A stretch of DNA of 40,381 bases from Candidatus Curtissbacteria bacterium (GCA_016198325.1 JACQIV010000028.1:1-40381); one strand, 5' to 3'. Shown: positions 8,451 to 17,113, counted from the stretch's first letter. Numbers and translations are program-made. The notes: generated by a model not told the origin, from the sequence alone.

Positions 8451-9349
8451 TGCTTGTAATCCGCAATAAAGCCATCATTTATCTCACAATCGCTTCGCTG
8501 CTCTGGGGAGCAACAGCTCCGATTATGAAACTGACGTTAAACGAGGTTCCGATGTTCTCCTTAATTGTCATACGAATGACTTTTGCCGCTATCATTATGT
8601 ATCTGCTTTTCGGTAGATCGTTAATAGTTAACCACAAAGACATTAAGCTGTTTTTTTTTGCTGCAATATTTGGGGTCACCCTCAATCTTTCTTTATTTTT
8701 TACGGGACTCAAACTAACCCGTGCCATTAATGCATCTTTTCTTGTTGCAACCGTACCTGTTTTCACTCTAATAGCTGCGCATTTTGCTTTAAAAGAAAAA
8801 TTAACTTTAAAATTGATAATTTCTTCCCTGCTGGCTCTTGTCGGAGTTGTAATAATCATCGGGCGGCCGGACGGAACTATGACCCTAAAAAATCTTCTCG
8901 GCAATATCATGCTGCTTCTTGCCACAACTTCTTGGGTAGCGCATGAAATAATTTCAAAAAAACTTCTTAAAAAATACCCCGGAGAAACGGTTGCTTTCGT
9001 TACCATGGCAATAGGTGGAATTATTTTTCTGCCGCTGGCGCTTTGGGAAACCCTGGCAAACCCGACATGGATCCAGGCCCTTAGTACCCAGTCTGTTCTG
9101 GGTATACTTTACGGAATAGGGTTTTCTTCTCTGCTTGCCTATTGGGTATGGCAAAAAGGCTTGTCTCTTCTCCCGGCAGGAGAAGCATCCTTTTTCTTCT
9201 ACCTGGATCCCGTTTCCGGCGCCACCCTTTCTATTCTGCTATTGGGGGAAAAGATAACACCGGCACTCGTTGCCGGCGGAATCCTTATTCTTTCTGCTGT
9301 TATTCTTGCAGAACATAAACGAAAGGCCCATCCCTTGCACCGGGTCTGA
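8450..9349 (+). CDS. EamA/DMT-family transporter
   Basis: 299 aa with about 10 TM segments and the duplicated EamA architecture. Its ATG overlaps the hisS-like stop (TAATG). Confidence 0.8.
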   Translation: MLVIRNKAIIYLTIASLLWGATAPIMKLTLNEVPMFSLIVIRMTFAAIIMYLLFGRSLIVNHKDIKLFFFAAIFGVTLNLSLFFTGLKLTRAINASFLVATVPVFTLIAAHFALKEKLTLKLIISSLLALVGVVIIIGRPDGTMTLKNLLGNIMLLLATTSWVAHEIISKKLLKKYPGETVAFVTMAIGGIIFLPLALWETLANPTWIQALSTQSVLGILYGIGFSSLLAYWVWQKGLSLLPAGEASFFFYLDPVSGATLSILLLGEKITPALVAGGILILSAVILAEHKRKAHPLHRV

Positions 9350-9420
9350 GATCCGGACATTAAAATTGTAAAAATATGGCTATTTTGTTAGAATAACCGG
9401 ACATTTCAGGAAGTTTATCT

Positions 9421-9735
9421 ATGAAAACAGGCATACATCCAAAGTTCTACGAAGACGCAAAAGTTAGTTGTGTTTGCGGTAATGCTTTTACTACCGGCAG
9501 CACAATGCCGGAAATCCATGTCGAAGTATGCAGCAAATGTCATCCTTTCTTTACCGGAGAAATGAAATACGTCGACACACTAGGCAGGGTTGAAAAATTC
9601 CAGAAAAAGCAGGAAAAGGCAAAAGTTATTAAAGAAACTCAAATTCGCAAGAAGCTGGAAGGCCGCGCCAGACCGGAAAGACCGGACAGCCTTCGCGATT
9701 TATTTGCCCTGGCAAAAAAACAAGCCTCTTCCTAG
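9421..9735 (+). CDS. rpmE: Ribosomal protein L31 (Cys-containing type) with a basic C-terminal extension of roughly 35 aa
   Basis: [11 protein letters not shown]...C.CGN...[11 protein letters not shown]...VDT.GRVEKF. An AGGAAG Shine-Dalgarno sequence lies 8 nt upstream. Confidence 0.9.
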   Translation: MKTGIHPKFYEDAKVSCVCGNAFTTGSTMPEIHVEVCSKCHPFFTGEMKYVDTLGRVEKFQKKQEKAKVIKETQIRKKLEGRARPERPDSLRDLFALAKKQASS

Positions 9736-9745
9736 CTACCTCGCC

Positions 9746-9780
9746 TTATACTTGATACATGATACTTGATACCTGATACT
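9746..9780. repeat. Tandem heptad repeat (TTATACT TGATACA TGATACT TGATACC TGATACT) immediately upstream of prfA
   Basis: Read directly. There are four exact TGATACN units (9753-9780) plus one degenerate unit. The array ends 6 nt before the ATG at 9787. Confidence 0.85.
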
Positions 9781-9786
9781 CATTGT

Positions 9787-10716
9787 ATGGACTACTTAAA
9801 ACAGCAAATCGAAAAAATAGATCGGAAAATTGCAGAGGCCAAAAGCCTCATGCAGGATTCTGCTATGGCACCGTTAGCCGGTGAAGAAATCGCTAAATTG
9901 GAAGCGGAAAAGGCAGCCCTCGAGCAGTCAGTTAACGCTAAATCATCTACTAAACAGGAGGCTCATGGCTCCCAAAATAGCGCCATTTTGGAAATTCGGT
10001 CAGCAGCCGGCGGAGACGAGGCCGGCCTTTTTGCTGCCGACCTTCTGCGGATGTACCAAAGATACATAGCAGCCAAAAACTGGCAGTGGGAAGAACTGGA
10101 CAGGACCGAGGGAGGTCTGGGAAACATCAAAACAGTAATTGCTAAAGTATCCGGCAAGGGGGCTTTTGAGAAACTAAAATTCGAATCGGGTGTTCACAGA
10201 GTCCAGCGTGTTCCTGAGACGGAAAGTTCCGGTCGGATCCACACTTCAACCGCAACCGTTGCCGTTCTTCCGGAAGTTGCCCCGACAGAAATAACAATTA
10301 GTCCCCAGGACATTGAATTTGAGGCATTTCGGGCGGGAGGCCATGGCGGTCAAAATGTAAACAAAGTATCAACCGCCGTCCGTATTAAACATATTCCAAC
10401 AGGCATTATCGTTAAATCCCAGACCGAACGCTCACAAGGCCAAAACCGGGAAATTGCCATGCAAATTTTAAGATCCAAAGTCTACCAACTTGAAGAAGAA
10501 AAAAGGCACACGCAGATTACCGGCGAAAGAGCTTCTCAACTCGGAACCGGTGACAGGAGCGAAAAAATCCGCACTTACAACTTTCCGCAAAATCGCATAA
10601 CTGACCATAGAATAAATAAGTCGTGGCATAATCTTGAAAATATCATCGAAGGAAATCTCGATCCGATTATCAATTCGCTAAAAGATTTTGCGAGCCAGAC
10701 AAATATCGCAGAATGA
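9787..10716 (+). CDS. prfA: Peptide chain release factor 1 (PxT-type)
   Basis: GGQ motif ([13 protein letters not shown]). The tripeptide region [26 protein letters not shown] is RF1-like (P-x-T) and has no SPF. I prefer the ATG at 9787 (MDYLKQQ...) over the TTG at 9766, which lies inside the heptad array. Confidence 0.9.
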   Translation: MDYLKQQIEKIDRKIAEAKSLMQDSAMAPLAGEEIAKLEAEKAALEQSVNAKSSTKQEAHGSQNSAILEIRSAAGGDEAGLFAADLLRMYQRYIAAKNWQWEELDRTEGGLGNIKTVIAKVSGKGAFEKLKFESGVHRVQRVPETESSGRIHTSTATVAVLPEVAPTEITISPQDIEFEAFRAGGHGGQNVNKVSTAVRIKHIPTGIIVKSQTERSQGQNREIAMQILRSKVYQLEEEKRHTQITGERASQLGTGDRSEKIRTYNFPQNRITDHRINKSWHNLENIIEGNLDPIINSLKDFASQTNIAE

Positions 10717-11102
10717 GACGCGTTCGGATAGAACTGAAAAATCGAGTGCTAAAATTTGTTAGACCGAAGGGAAAATCGCCAACCACAGAACTGGAAAAAC
10801 CTGGGAAAATATTGCCAAAAGAATGAACAGACCTTGAAGCCCACTCAACTAATTAAATCTGAGGGGAAGAACCGCTAACCCCATTTTTGAGGAGGGTACC
10901 GCTTAGATCATCTGGATGCTCGACATTTTCCTGGACTAACAAATCTATGGAGCATTTGTTTTGATCTTCTTTTCTAGCACTCCATAATGAGTAATCATCT
11001 TTCCGGTTTTCTTTCATAACATTCACCGGGCATTTTACTTTTCTATAGGCTACCTGTCAATAATACACGTCACACTTGTTAGACCCACAACACAGACAAT
11101 TA

Positions 11103-11132
11103 CTTCACTGTTTCGAAACAGTGAAGTATAAT
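11103..11132 (+). promoter_or_regulatory. Perfect 24-nt palindrome CTTCACTGTTTCGAAACAGTGAAG fused to a consensus TATAAT -10 box
   Basis: Palindrome 11103-11126 verified as self-complementary. TATAAT at 11127-11132 lies 7 nt before the ATG at 11140, which implies a leaderless mRNA. Confidence 0.65.
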
Positions 11133-11139
11133 TTCCTAA

Positions 11140-11580
11140 ATGACTCAAATCTCTAAGAAGATTGTGAAAAAGGATTTAGAGACAGAAATAAACGAAATCT
11201 TCTGGTCGACAATTGCAAGATTTAACAAAAAAGACGAGGTCACCCTCTTCTTCTCCGAACTGTTCACATATAACGAGAGAGTAAATCTTGCCAAGAGAAT
11301 TGCAATAGCTATCTTGCTTTCAAAAGGATATGACTGGAGATCCATCAAAGATTTAATAAAAGTGTCCGAGGGAACAATTGCAAAAATTTCCGCGAGGATA
11401 AACTCAGCCGGTTTCAAACTGCTTTTTAAAAAATTAGAAAACGATGCCCGGTGGAGAATGTTTTGGAATGACCTTGTTAAAACTTATTTGATTGCCACTC
11501 ACCCAGATAAATACGCTCGGCTTGGAGACGAAGGCGTTGAAAAAGTTATTCTTAAGAAGAAAAACAACTTGCTGCATTGA
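11140..11580 (+). CDS. TrpR-like / YerC-YecD family DNA-binding protein (paralog 2)
   Basis: 146 aa. The core ERVNLAKRIAIAILLSKGYDWRSIKDLIKVSEGTI is alignable to 2947..3381. Confidence 0.7.
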   Translation: MTQISKKIVKKDLETEINEIFWSTIARFNKKDEVTLFFSELFTYNERVNLAKRIAIAILLSKGYDWRSIKDLIKVSEGTIAKISARINSAGFKLLFKKLENDARWRMFWNDLVKTYLIATHPDKYARLGDEGVEKVILKKKNNLLH

Positions 11581-12077
11581 TTCGAAACAGTAGAGTGGAT
11601 TTAATTGAACAATATTCATATTTCGGATTATTTATAACTCTTCTGATAGAGGAAGCCGGTATCCCCCTGCCAATCCCAGGAGATTTATTTATTGGGACAG
11701 TGTCTGCTCTTCCAAATTCAAACTACTTCTTAATCGTTGTAACTGTTGTTACCGCAACTTTAATAGGTTCGACAATTCTTTTTACCCTCTCAAATAAAGT
11801 CGCGCATCCCCTACTATTAAAATTCGGCCCGAAAATTAAAATCACTCCCGAAAAAATTAAAAAAGTTGAAAAATGGTTCGAAAAATACGGTGGTTTCGCA
11901 ATTGTCATCGGCCGCCTCATCCCCGGTCTGCGAATAGTTACGCCAATTGTCGCCGGTCTTTTCGGAGTTTCATACAGGACATTCTGGGTTTACACCACAC
12001 TCGCCGCTTTCATATGGGCAAATATATATTTTGTAATCGGGAAATTCTTTGGAGAAGTATTGTCCAGGTTTTTCTAA
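11577..12077 (+). CDS. DedA/VTT-domain membrane protein
   Basis: 166 aa. Motifs EEAGIPLPIPGDLF and GR.IPG.R are typical of the DedA family. The TTG start overlaps the upstream TGA. Confidence 0.75.
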   Translation: MIRNSRVDLIEQYSYFGLFITLLIEEAGIPLPIPGDLFIGTVSALPNSNYFLIVVTVVTATLIGSTILFTLSNKVAHPLLLKFGPKIKITPEKIKKVEKWFEKYGGFAIVIGRLIPGLRIVTPIVAGLFGVSYRTFWVYTTLAAFIWANIYFVIGKFFGEVLSRFF

Positions 12078-12136
12078 TCAATTTCCGATTCTGTTCCTCG
12101 ACACCTTTCTGTTGAGTCCCCAGAGTCGGACCTTCT
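12078..12136. repeat. Type-1 59-nt palindromic repeat, degenerate copy (C)
   Basis: Gap-free alignment to copy 19328..19386 gives 45/59 identities. It fills the convergent gap between the DedA stop (12077) and the HtrA stop (12142). Confidence 0.75.
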
Positions 12137-12141
12137 ACCCA

Positions 12142-13308
12142 TTATTCGTTCGGTGCTTCGCCAAGCACCAAATTTAAATCCTTGGTGTTTCCGTCACGCC
12201 AAACCTGGGTTGACACCCGATCCCCAACCTTTTTATCTCTGATTGCTTTGGAGAGTGAATCGTTTTCTGTCAATTTCTTACCGTCAAATTGCGTAATTAT
12301 ATCCCCAACTTTTACTCCCGCTTTGTCTGCAGACGATGCTGAAACAACTTCCCGGACCAATTCTCCTTCCGGGACATCGTTTAAGAGAGCTGTTTCCCTG
12401 GAAATGTGCGTATATCTTACCCCAAGAAACGGCCTGGAAATCTTTCCGCCGGAACTTTGAAAATCGTTAATTAATTGCTTTGCTATATTTATCTTTATCG
12501 CAAAACCGATATTCTGCGCTTCCGCAACCGCGGTATTAATTCCGATAACCTGCCCGCCGGAGTTAACCAACGGCCCACCGGAATTTCCGGGATTAATAGC
12601 AGCGTCCGTCTGAACAAGATCGTCCAGTCTTTCCGCAATTCCGGTAGAAGGATCTACAGGTGAAACTCCACGACCCAATCCCGAAACAACACCTGTAGTA
12701 ACCGTATTTTCAAATCTTCCTAAAGCATTTCCAATCGCTATCACTTTTTGGCCTACCTTCAAGTGTTCGGAGTCGCCAAGTTCCAAGGGTGTTAAATCAC
12801 TAGCATCCACTCTAACAAGCGCAAGATCGTTAAAAGGGTCGCGGTTAACATCCACAATCGGCAGTTTTTTTTCGTCCCCATTGTTTCCCCTTATGATGGC
12901 AATATATTTTGCATCTTCACTCGAAACTACATGTTTGTTGGTTAGTATCAACCCGTCTTTGGAAACAACAAACCCGGTTCCAATTCCGGACTGCTTTTCC
13001 CTGTTTGTCGGCAGACCAAAAAACGGATCGATTAGCTGCTGGTTTTCAACAGCAACGGAAACAACCGACGGCGAAACTTTTTCAACAACGTCGATGACTA
13101 CAGATTCCTCGTCGACAACCCTAGTGGTCTGGACAGTTTCTTTATTTGTTTGAATTTTTTTTTCAAACGGCAGGGATTTATTGAACATGCGGCTTGCTGC
13201 TATCAGTCCGACTACTATCAATGCTACGATAACGAGTACTACGGTATTTCGGGGTTTTGAGCTCTTGGAAATTTTTAACTTATCCGCGCCAGGAACAGTC
13301 AGTGCCAT
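12142..13308 (-). CDS. HtrA/DegP-family trypsin-like serine protease with C-terminal PDZ domain
   Basis: 388 aa with an N-terminal TM anchor. Contains TNKHV (His), D.ALV (Asp) and GNSGGPLVN (Ser), followed by a PDZ-like C-terminus. Confidence 0.9.
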   Translation of the reverse strand: MALTVPGADKLKISKSSKPRNTVVLVIVALIVVGLIAASRMFNKSLPFEKKIQTNKETVQTTRVVDEESVVIDVVEKVSPSVVSVAVENQQLIDPFFGLPTNREKQSGIGTGFVVSKDGLILTNKHVVSSEDAKYIAIIRGNNGDEKKLPIVDVNRDPFNDLALVRVDASDLTPLELGDSEHLKVGQKVIAIGNALGRFENTVTTGVVSGLGRGVSPVDPSTGIAERLDDLVQTDAAINPGNSGGPLVNSGGQVIGINTAVAEAQNIGFAIKINIAKQLINDFQSSGGKISRPFLGVRYTHISRETALLNDVPEGELVREVVSASSADKAGVKVGDIITQFDGKKLTENDSLSKAIRDKKVGDRVSTQVWRDGNTKDLNLVLGEAPNE

Positions 13309-13350
13309 AACAATTAATTAGAAATCAGTATACTTCAAAATTCAACAAAA

Positions 13351-14592
13351 CTAAATAATTTCGAGCGCACGGTCCAGCTGCGGGTCTCTATTTTGTTTTG
13401 TGTCCTCGTTTGTCAACTCCACCTTCTCGTTCGGCTCAATTCCCTTTTCGTGTATAGAATTACCATCCGGCGTTAACCAGCGGGCAATTGTAATATGAAG
13501 CCCGGATCCGCCAGGCAATTCTATTGCATCCTGTACCGATCCTTTGCCAAAAGTTTTTTCACCGACAATTTTGCCTCTGTCCTTATCTTTTATAGCACCG
13601 GCAAATATTTCAGCAGCAGACGCGGACCCTCCGTTAACAAGTACAACAAGCGGTGTCTTCATAAACTTGCCCTCATGGTCGCTAGCTAGCGACCTGATGC
13701 TTCCGTCTGCCGATTCCTGTTTTACAATCGTCCCTCTTGAAAATTCGGAAGCCAGGTGAATTGACGATGTCAAAAGTCCTCCGGGATTATTTCTCATGTC
13801 AACAATTATCCCTTTCACGTCTTTTGCAGCAACTTCCGAAACTGCCTGGTCCCATTCACTGTCTGTCTGTTCTCCAAACCTGGTAACTCTGAAATAGGCA
13901 ACTTCACCTTTTTTCGATTGTCTATATTCAACCTCAACAGATTTTACGCTTATCTTGACGCGTTCTACTTCAACATCATAAGGCTTGTCTTCGCTTTCGC
14001 GCTGCAGTGTTAACTTAACCTTACTGCCAGCCGGGCCGCGGATCAGATCCACTGCTTCCGGTAATGTAAGGTCGAATGTTTCCTTGTCGCTTATCTTCAA
14101 TATCAAATCTTTTGGCCTGACTCCTGCTCTTTCGGCAGGTGTACTTTTAAGCGGAGTGATAACAACAAGCCTTTTTTTGTCGTTAAAGCCGATTTGTATT
14201 CCGACACCTTCGTATGAACCGGAAAGGTCTGCCCGGATTGATTCGTTTTGCTTCGGATCGAAAAAGGCGGTATAAGGATCCCCAAGCGACCTGACCATTC
14301 CGGAAATAGCTCCATATAATAATTTTTGCCCTTCAATGTCCTGCTTGTCAAAGTATTTTTGGGGTAGTGAATTAAATACTTCCCAGAAAAGTGAAAAGTC
14401 TACGTTTTGTCCTGCCGGTGGCAGTTCGTTCGTAATGGAAATTTTTGGAACAAAATTCTTTCTGTCGATTTCAATCTTCTTTTGCCCGATAACAAAACCG
14501 ATTAAAAGAAAAACGACAGCAACTACTGCAAACTGGACAAAGAAATTTATGAAATAATTGCGGTTTTTAGGAGAGTGGGCTTTCTCATCCAT
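13351..14592 (-). CDS. S41-family C-terminal processing peptidase with PDZ domain
   Basis: Motifs DLR.NPGG, GGSASAAEI.AGA and GSVQ are present. I prefer the ATG at 14592 (MDEKAH...), which avoids overlapping rpsR. Confidence 0.85.
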   Translation of the reverse strand: MDEKAHSPKNRNYFINFFVQFAVVAVVFLLIGFVIGQKKIEIDRKNFVPKISITNELPPAGQNVDFSLFWEVFNSLPQKYFDKQDIEGQKLLYGAISGMVRSLGDPYTAFFDPKQNESIRADLSGSYEGVGIQIGFNDKKRLVVITPLKSTPAERAGVRPKDLILKISDKETFDLTLPEAVDLIRGPAGSKVKLTLQRESEDKPYDVEVERVKISVKSVEVEYRQSKKGEVAYFRVTRFGEQTDSEWDQAVSEVAAKDVKGIIVDMRNNPGGLLTSSIHLASEFSRGTIVKQESADGSIRSLASDHEGKFMKTPLVVLVNGGSASAAEIFAGAIKDKDRGKIVGEKTFGKGSVQDAIELPGGSGLHITIARWLTPDGNSIHEKGIEPNEKVELTNEDTKQNRDPQLDRALEII

Positions 14593-14599
14593 CTTTCTA

Positions 14600-14824
14600 T
14601 TATCTTTGAACAAAGGGTATAAGAGCAAGGAACCGGGCGCGCTTTACCGATCTGGTAAGTTGCCTCTGGTGTTTCGCGCAAACCCCGGTTTTGGCACGCC
14701 CAAGAATTTTTCCTCTCTCCGAAGTGAACTTACGAAGATACACCGTGTCTTTATAATCTATTGTTGCCCCCTCTTCGCAAACCGGGCATTTTCTAATTCT
14801 TCTTCTTCTTGTAATTATTGGCAT
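14600..14824 (-). CDS. rpsR: Ribosomal protein S18
   Basis: 74 aa. Sequence: IDYKD...LRKF.SERGKI..R..TG.CAKHQR.L....KRAR.LAL.PF. Confidence 0.95.
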   Translation of the reverse strand: MPIITRRRRIRKCPVCEEGATIDYKDTVYLRKFTSERGKILGRAKTGVCAKHQRQLTRSVKRARFLALIPFVQR

Positions 14825-14827
14825 TTT

Positions 14828-15373
14828 TTAAAAAGGAAGGTCGTCAAGGTTCAAATCTTCTTCCTCTTCTTCCTTTTTTTTATCTGATTTTTCCTTTTTA
14901 TCTTTTTCTTTTTCTCCCGTCTCACCATCTACTTTTTCCTCTGCTTCTTTTTTTGTTTGGGGTTCGGTAACCGGCACAGGTGCTGCTGCAGTTTCCAGAA
15001 TTTCATGGTCTTCCGAACCGCCTTCGAATTGCCGCTTTGAATCCAGAATTCTCATATCGTCAATGACAACTTCTGTCATGGATTTTTGCTGGCCATCCGG
15101 TGATTCCCATGACCTTGTGGAAAGTCTTCCTTCCACATATACTTTTCTGCCTTTTGATAAAAGTTGTGAACAAAGTTCGGCAAGCTTATTCCAGGAAACA
15201 ACTCTTGTGAATTCCGTCTCTTCTTTCTTGTTACCATCGGAGGCAACATATGCCCTGTTAGTTGCAACCGTAAAGGAGCAAACAGCAGCGCCGGAAGGAG
15301 TGTACCTGAGTTCCGGGTCACGTGTAAGATTCCCAATCAACATTACTTTATTTAATGAAGCACGACTCGCCAT
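14828..15373 (-). CDS. ssb: Single-stranded DNA-binding protein
   Basis: 181 aa. OB-fold N-terminus (LNKVMLIGNLTRDPELRYTPSG) and an acidic tail ending DDLPF. Confidence 0.95.
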   Translation of the reverse strand: MASRASLNKVMLIGNLTRDPELRYTPSGAAVCSFTVATNRAYVASDGNKKEETEFTRVVSWNKLAELCSQLLSKGRKVYVEGRLSTRSWESPDGQQKSMTEVVIDDMRILDSKRQFEGGSEDHEILETAAAPVPVTEPQTKKEAEEKVDGETGEKEKDKKEKSDKKKEEEEEDLNLDDLPF

Positions 15374-15378
15374 TTTAT

Positions 15379-15413
15379 TTGTCAGTTGTCATTTGTCAAT
15401 TGCTTATTGTTAT
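15379..15413. repeat. Tandem heptads TTGTCAG TTGTCAT TTGTCAA (TTGCTTA TTGTTAT) in the rpsF-ssb spacer
   Basis: Read directly. There are three exact TTGTCA cores at period 7 plus two degenerate units. On the coding strand they read TGACAAN repeats just upstream of the ssb ATG. Confidence 0.8.
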
Positions 15414-15850
15414 CTTGTCCCTTTCTTAACTTTTGCCTTCGTTGCAGTTTTAGCTTTTACTGCTTTAGGTTTCACTTTTGTTTTTACTTCTACTTTTGTT
15501 TCCTTTACCAGCCCTTCCTTTTTGGGCTTTGCTACAGTTTTGACGGTTACCTTGCGCGCCTCCGTTGCCTTAATCTGGGATCCTTTTGTTTTTGTAATAA
15601 GATACCTTAGCAACATCTCTTGCTCAAGCCGCAATTTTGAAGCGATTCTATTGACTGCATCTCCTTCTGCCGTGAAATTGAAAACGAAATATTCCGCTTC
15701 CGACTGCCCGGAAATAGAATAGGCCAGATTTTTCCTACCCATCCTCGTTACTTTAAGGTCGGTAGAAAGCTCCTTAATATTTTTCTCCGTTTTTGAAAAA
15801 AGAGACTCGGCTTCGTCTACTTTAACAACCATCATCAATTCGTAATTCAT
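15410..15850 (-). CDS. rpsF: Ribosomal protein S6 with Lys-rich C-terminal extension
   Basis: 146 aa. The N-terminus MNYELMMVV......G.RKLAY.I is S6-like, and the gene sits in the canonical rpsF-ssb-rpsR order. Confidence 0.9.
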   Translation of the reverse strand: MNYELMMVVKVDEAESLFSKTEKNIKELSTDLKVTRMGRKNLAYSISGQSEAEYFVFNFTAEGDAVNRIASKLRLEQEMLLRYLITKTKGSQIKATEARKVTVKTVAKPKKEGLVKETKVEVKTKVKPKAVKAKTATKAKVKKGTR

Positions 15851-15991
15851 AAAAAGGGCTAAGTTGGTACTTTGGCTATTTTGGAAAAATTAGAAAGCAA
15901 AAAGACCCTGCTACCTCTTAACCAAAGCAAATAATATCAAATCAAAGCCGGGAAAAACAAGAAGCCAAGTATCTTGTTACTTGTTACTCCC

Positions 15992-17113
15992 CTATACACT
16001 AAACCTAAACTCCACAACCATTCCGTCGCAAACTTCATCCTTTTTCCCTATCGTTAAAACTTTACCTGCAGCCCGCGCGGCTTTCCAACCACCAAGATCA
16101 ACAAATTGCCTCCAGTCAATTACGTCTGCTGCAATAAAACCCCTTTCAAAATCCGTATGGATTACCCCCGCAGCTTGTGGCGCCAAAGATCCGACTTTTA
16201 TTGTCCATGCCCTTACTTCCTTTGGGCCTGCAGTTAAATATGTAGCCAAATTCAACAGTTCGTAACCTTTTTTAATTAGCCTTACAAGCCCCGGTTCCTC
16301 AAGTCCAACTTCTTTGAGGTATTCCACAGCTTCTTCGTCGGAAAGAGCTGAAAGCTCCTCTTCCAGCTTTGCGCTTATGAACAAGGTCCGACCCTGTTCG
16401 TAGACGGCTGACTGTCCGGTCGCCAGGGTCGGACCTTGTGCCTGTCCCGACAGGGCACTTTCATCCGAATTAACTACCACCATATACTTTTTCGCAGAAA
16501 GCAGAGAAAGCTCCTTGATCTTCTCCAAATCATCAGCTTCCATAACATCAGCAAGCCACTTGCCTTCTTCGATAAGTTTCTTTGCTGCCTCCATCGTTTC
16601 AAGAATTTTTCTGCGGGGATCATTTTGAGTAGCCGTTTTAAGTTCCCTGTTGAAACTGTCAATTCTTTTCTCCAAAGTTTCCAAGTCTTTCAATAGTAGC
16701 TCGTCTTTTAATACTTCGAGGTCGTCTTTCGGGCTAGTACCGGTTTGGATAATATCCGGGTTTTTAAAATCACGCACAACAAAAACAATCGCATCTACTT
16801 CCCGGATATGAGACAAAAACTGGTTTCCCAAACCCTCTCCTTTATGTGCACCCTTCACCAAACCGGCTATATCCACAAAGCGGACAATAGCGGGAATTAC
16901 CTTAAACCCCGGAGACAACCCTTCGGATTTTTCTACCGTTTCCTTCAATGCACCAAGCCGTGGGTCCGGAACTTCTACAACCCCTACGTTTGGCTCAATA
17001 GTCGTAAACGGATAATTCTTAGCCTCGGCAACTTGTTTTTTTAAAAGGGCATTAAAAAGCGTCGACTTCCCAACATTCGGTAGTCCAACTATCCCCACGA
17101 AAAGTGATGACAT
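15992..17113 (-). CDS. ychF: Redox-regulated ATPase YchF (Obg-family)
   Basis: 373 aa. Contains GIVGLPNVGKSTLFNAL, DIAGLVKGAH.GEGLGNQFL, LEEPGL and TAGPKEVRAWTI..G..APQAAGVIHTDFE.GFI. Confidence 0.95.
   Translation of the reverse strand: MSSLFVGIVGLPNVGKSTLFNALLKKQVAEAKNYPFTTIEPNVGVVEVPDPRLGALKETVEKSEGLSPGFKVIPAIVRFVDIAGLVKGAHKGEGLGNQFLSHIREVDAIVFVVRDFKNPDIIQTGTSPKDDLEVLKDELLLKDLETLEKRIDSFNRELKTATQNDPRRKILETMEAAKKLIEEGKWLADVMEADDLEKIKELSLLSAKKYMVVVNSDESALSGQAQGPTLATGQSAVYEQGRTLFISAKLEEELSALSDEEAVEYLKEVGLEEPGLVRLIKKGYELLNLATYLTAGPKEVRAWTIKVGSLAPQAAGVIHTDFERGFIAADVIDWRQFVDLGGWKAARAAGKVLTIGKKDEVCDGMVVEFRFSV
16381..16439. repeat. Type-1 59-nt palindromic repeat (copy A) embedded in frame within ychF
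   Basis: 16-bp perfect inverted arms: ACAAGGTCCGACCCTG (16381-16396) and CAGGGTCGGACCTTGT (16424-16439). It is 50/59 identical, without gaps, to the intergenic copy 19328..19386. Confidence 0.85.

Noticed and set aside
15063-15722. 219-aa + strand ORF, and similar long ORFs: 1955..2623, 4916..5533, 8479..9006, 20119..20547, 39773..40252.
   Set aside because: All lie antisense to strongly supported conserved genes (ssb/rpsF, Nif3, dnaB, EamA, and others). They have the Ser/Leu/Cys-rich, low-complexity composition typical of shadow ORFs.
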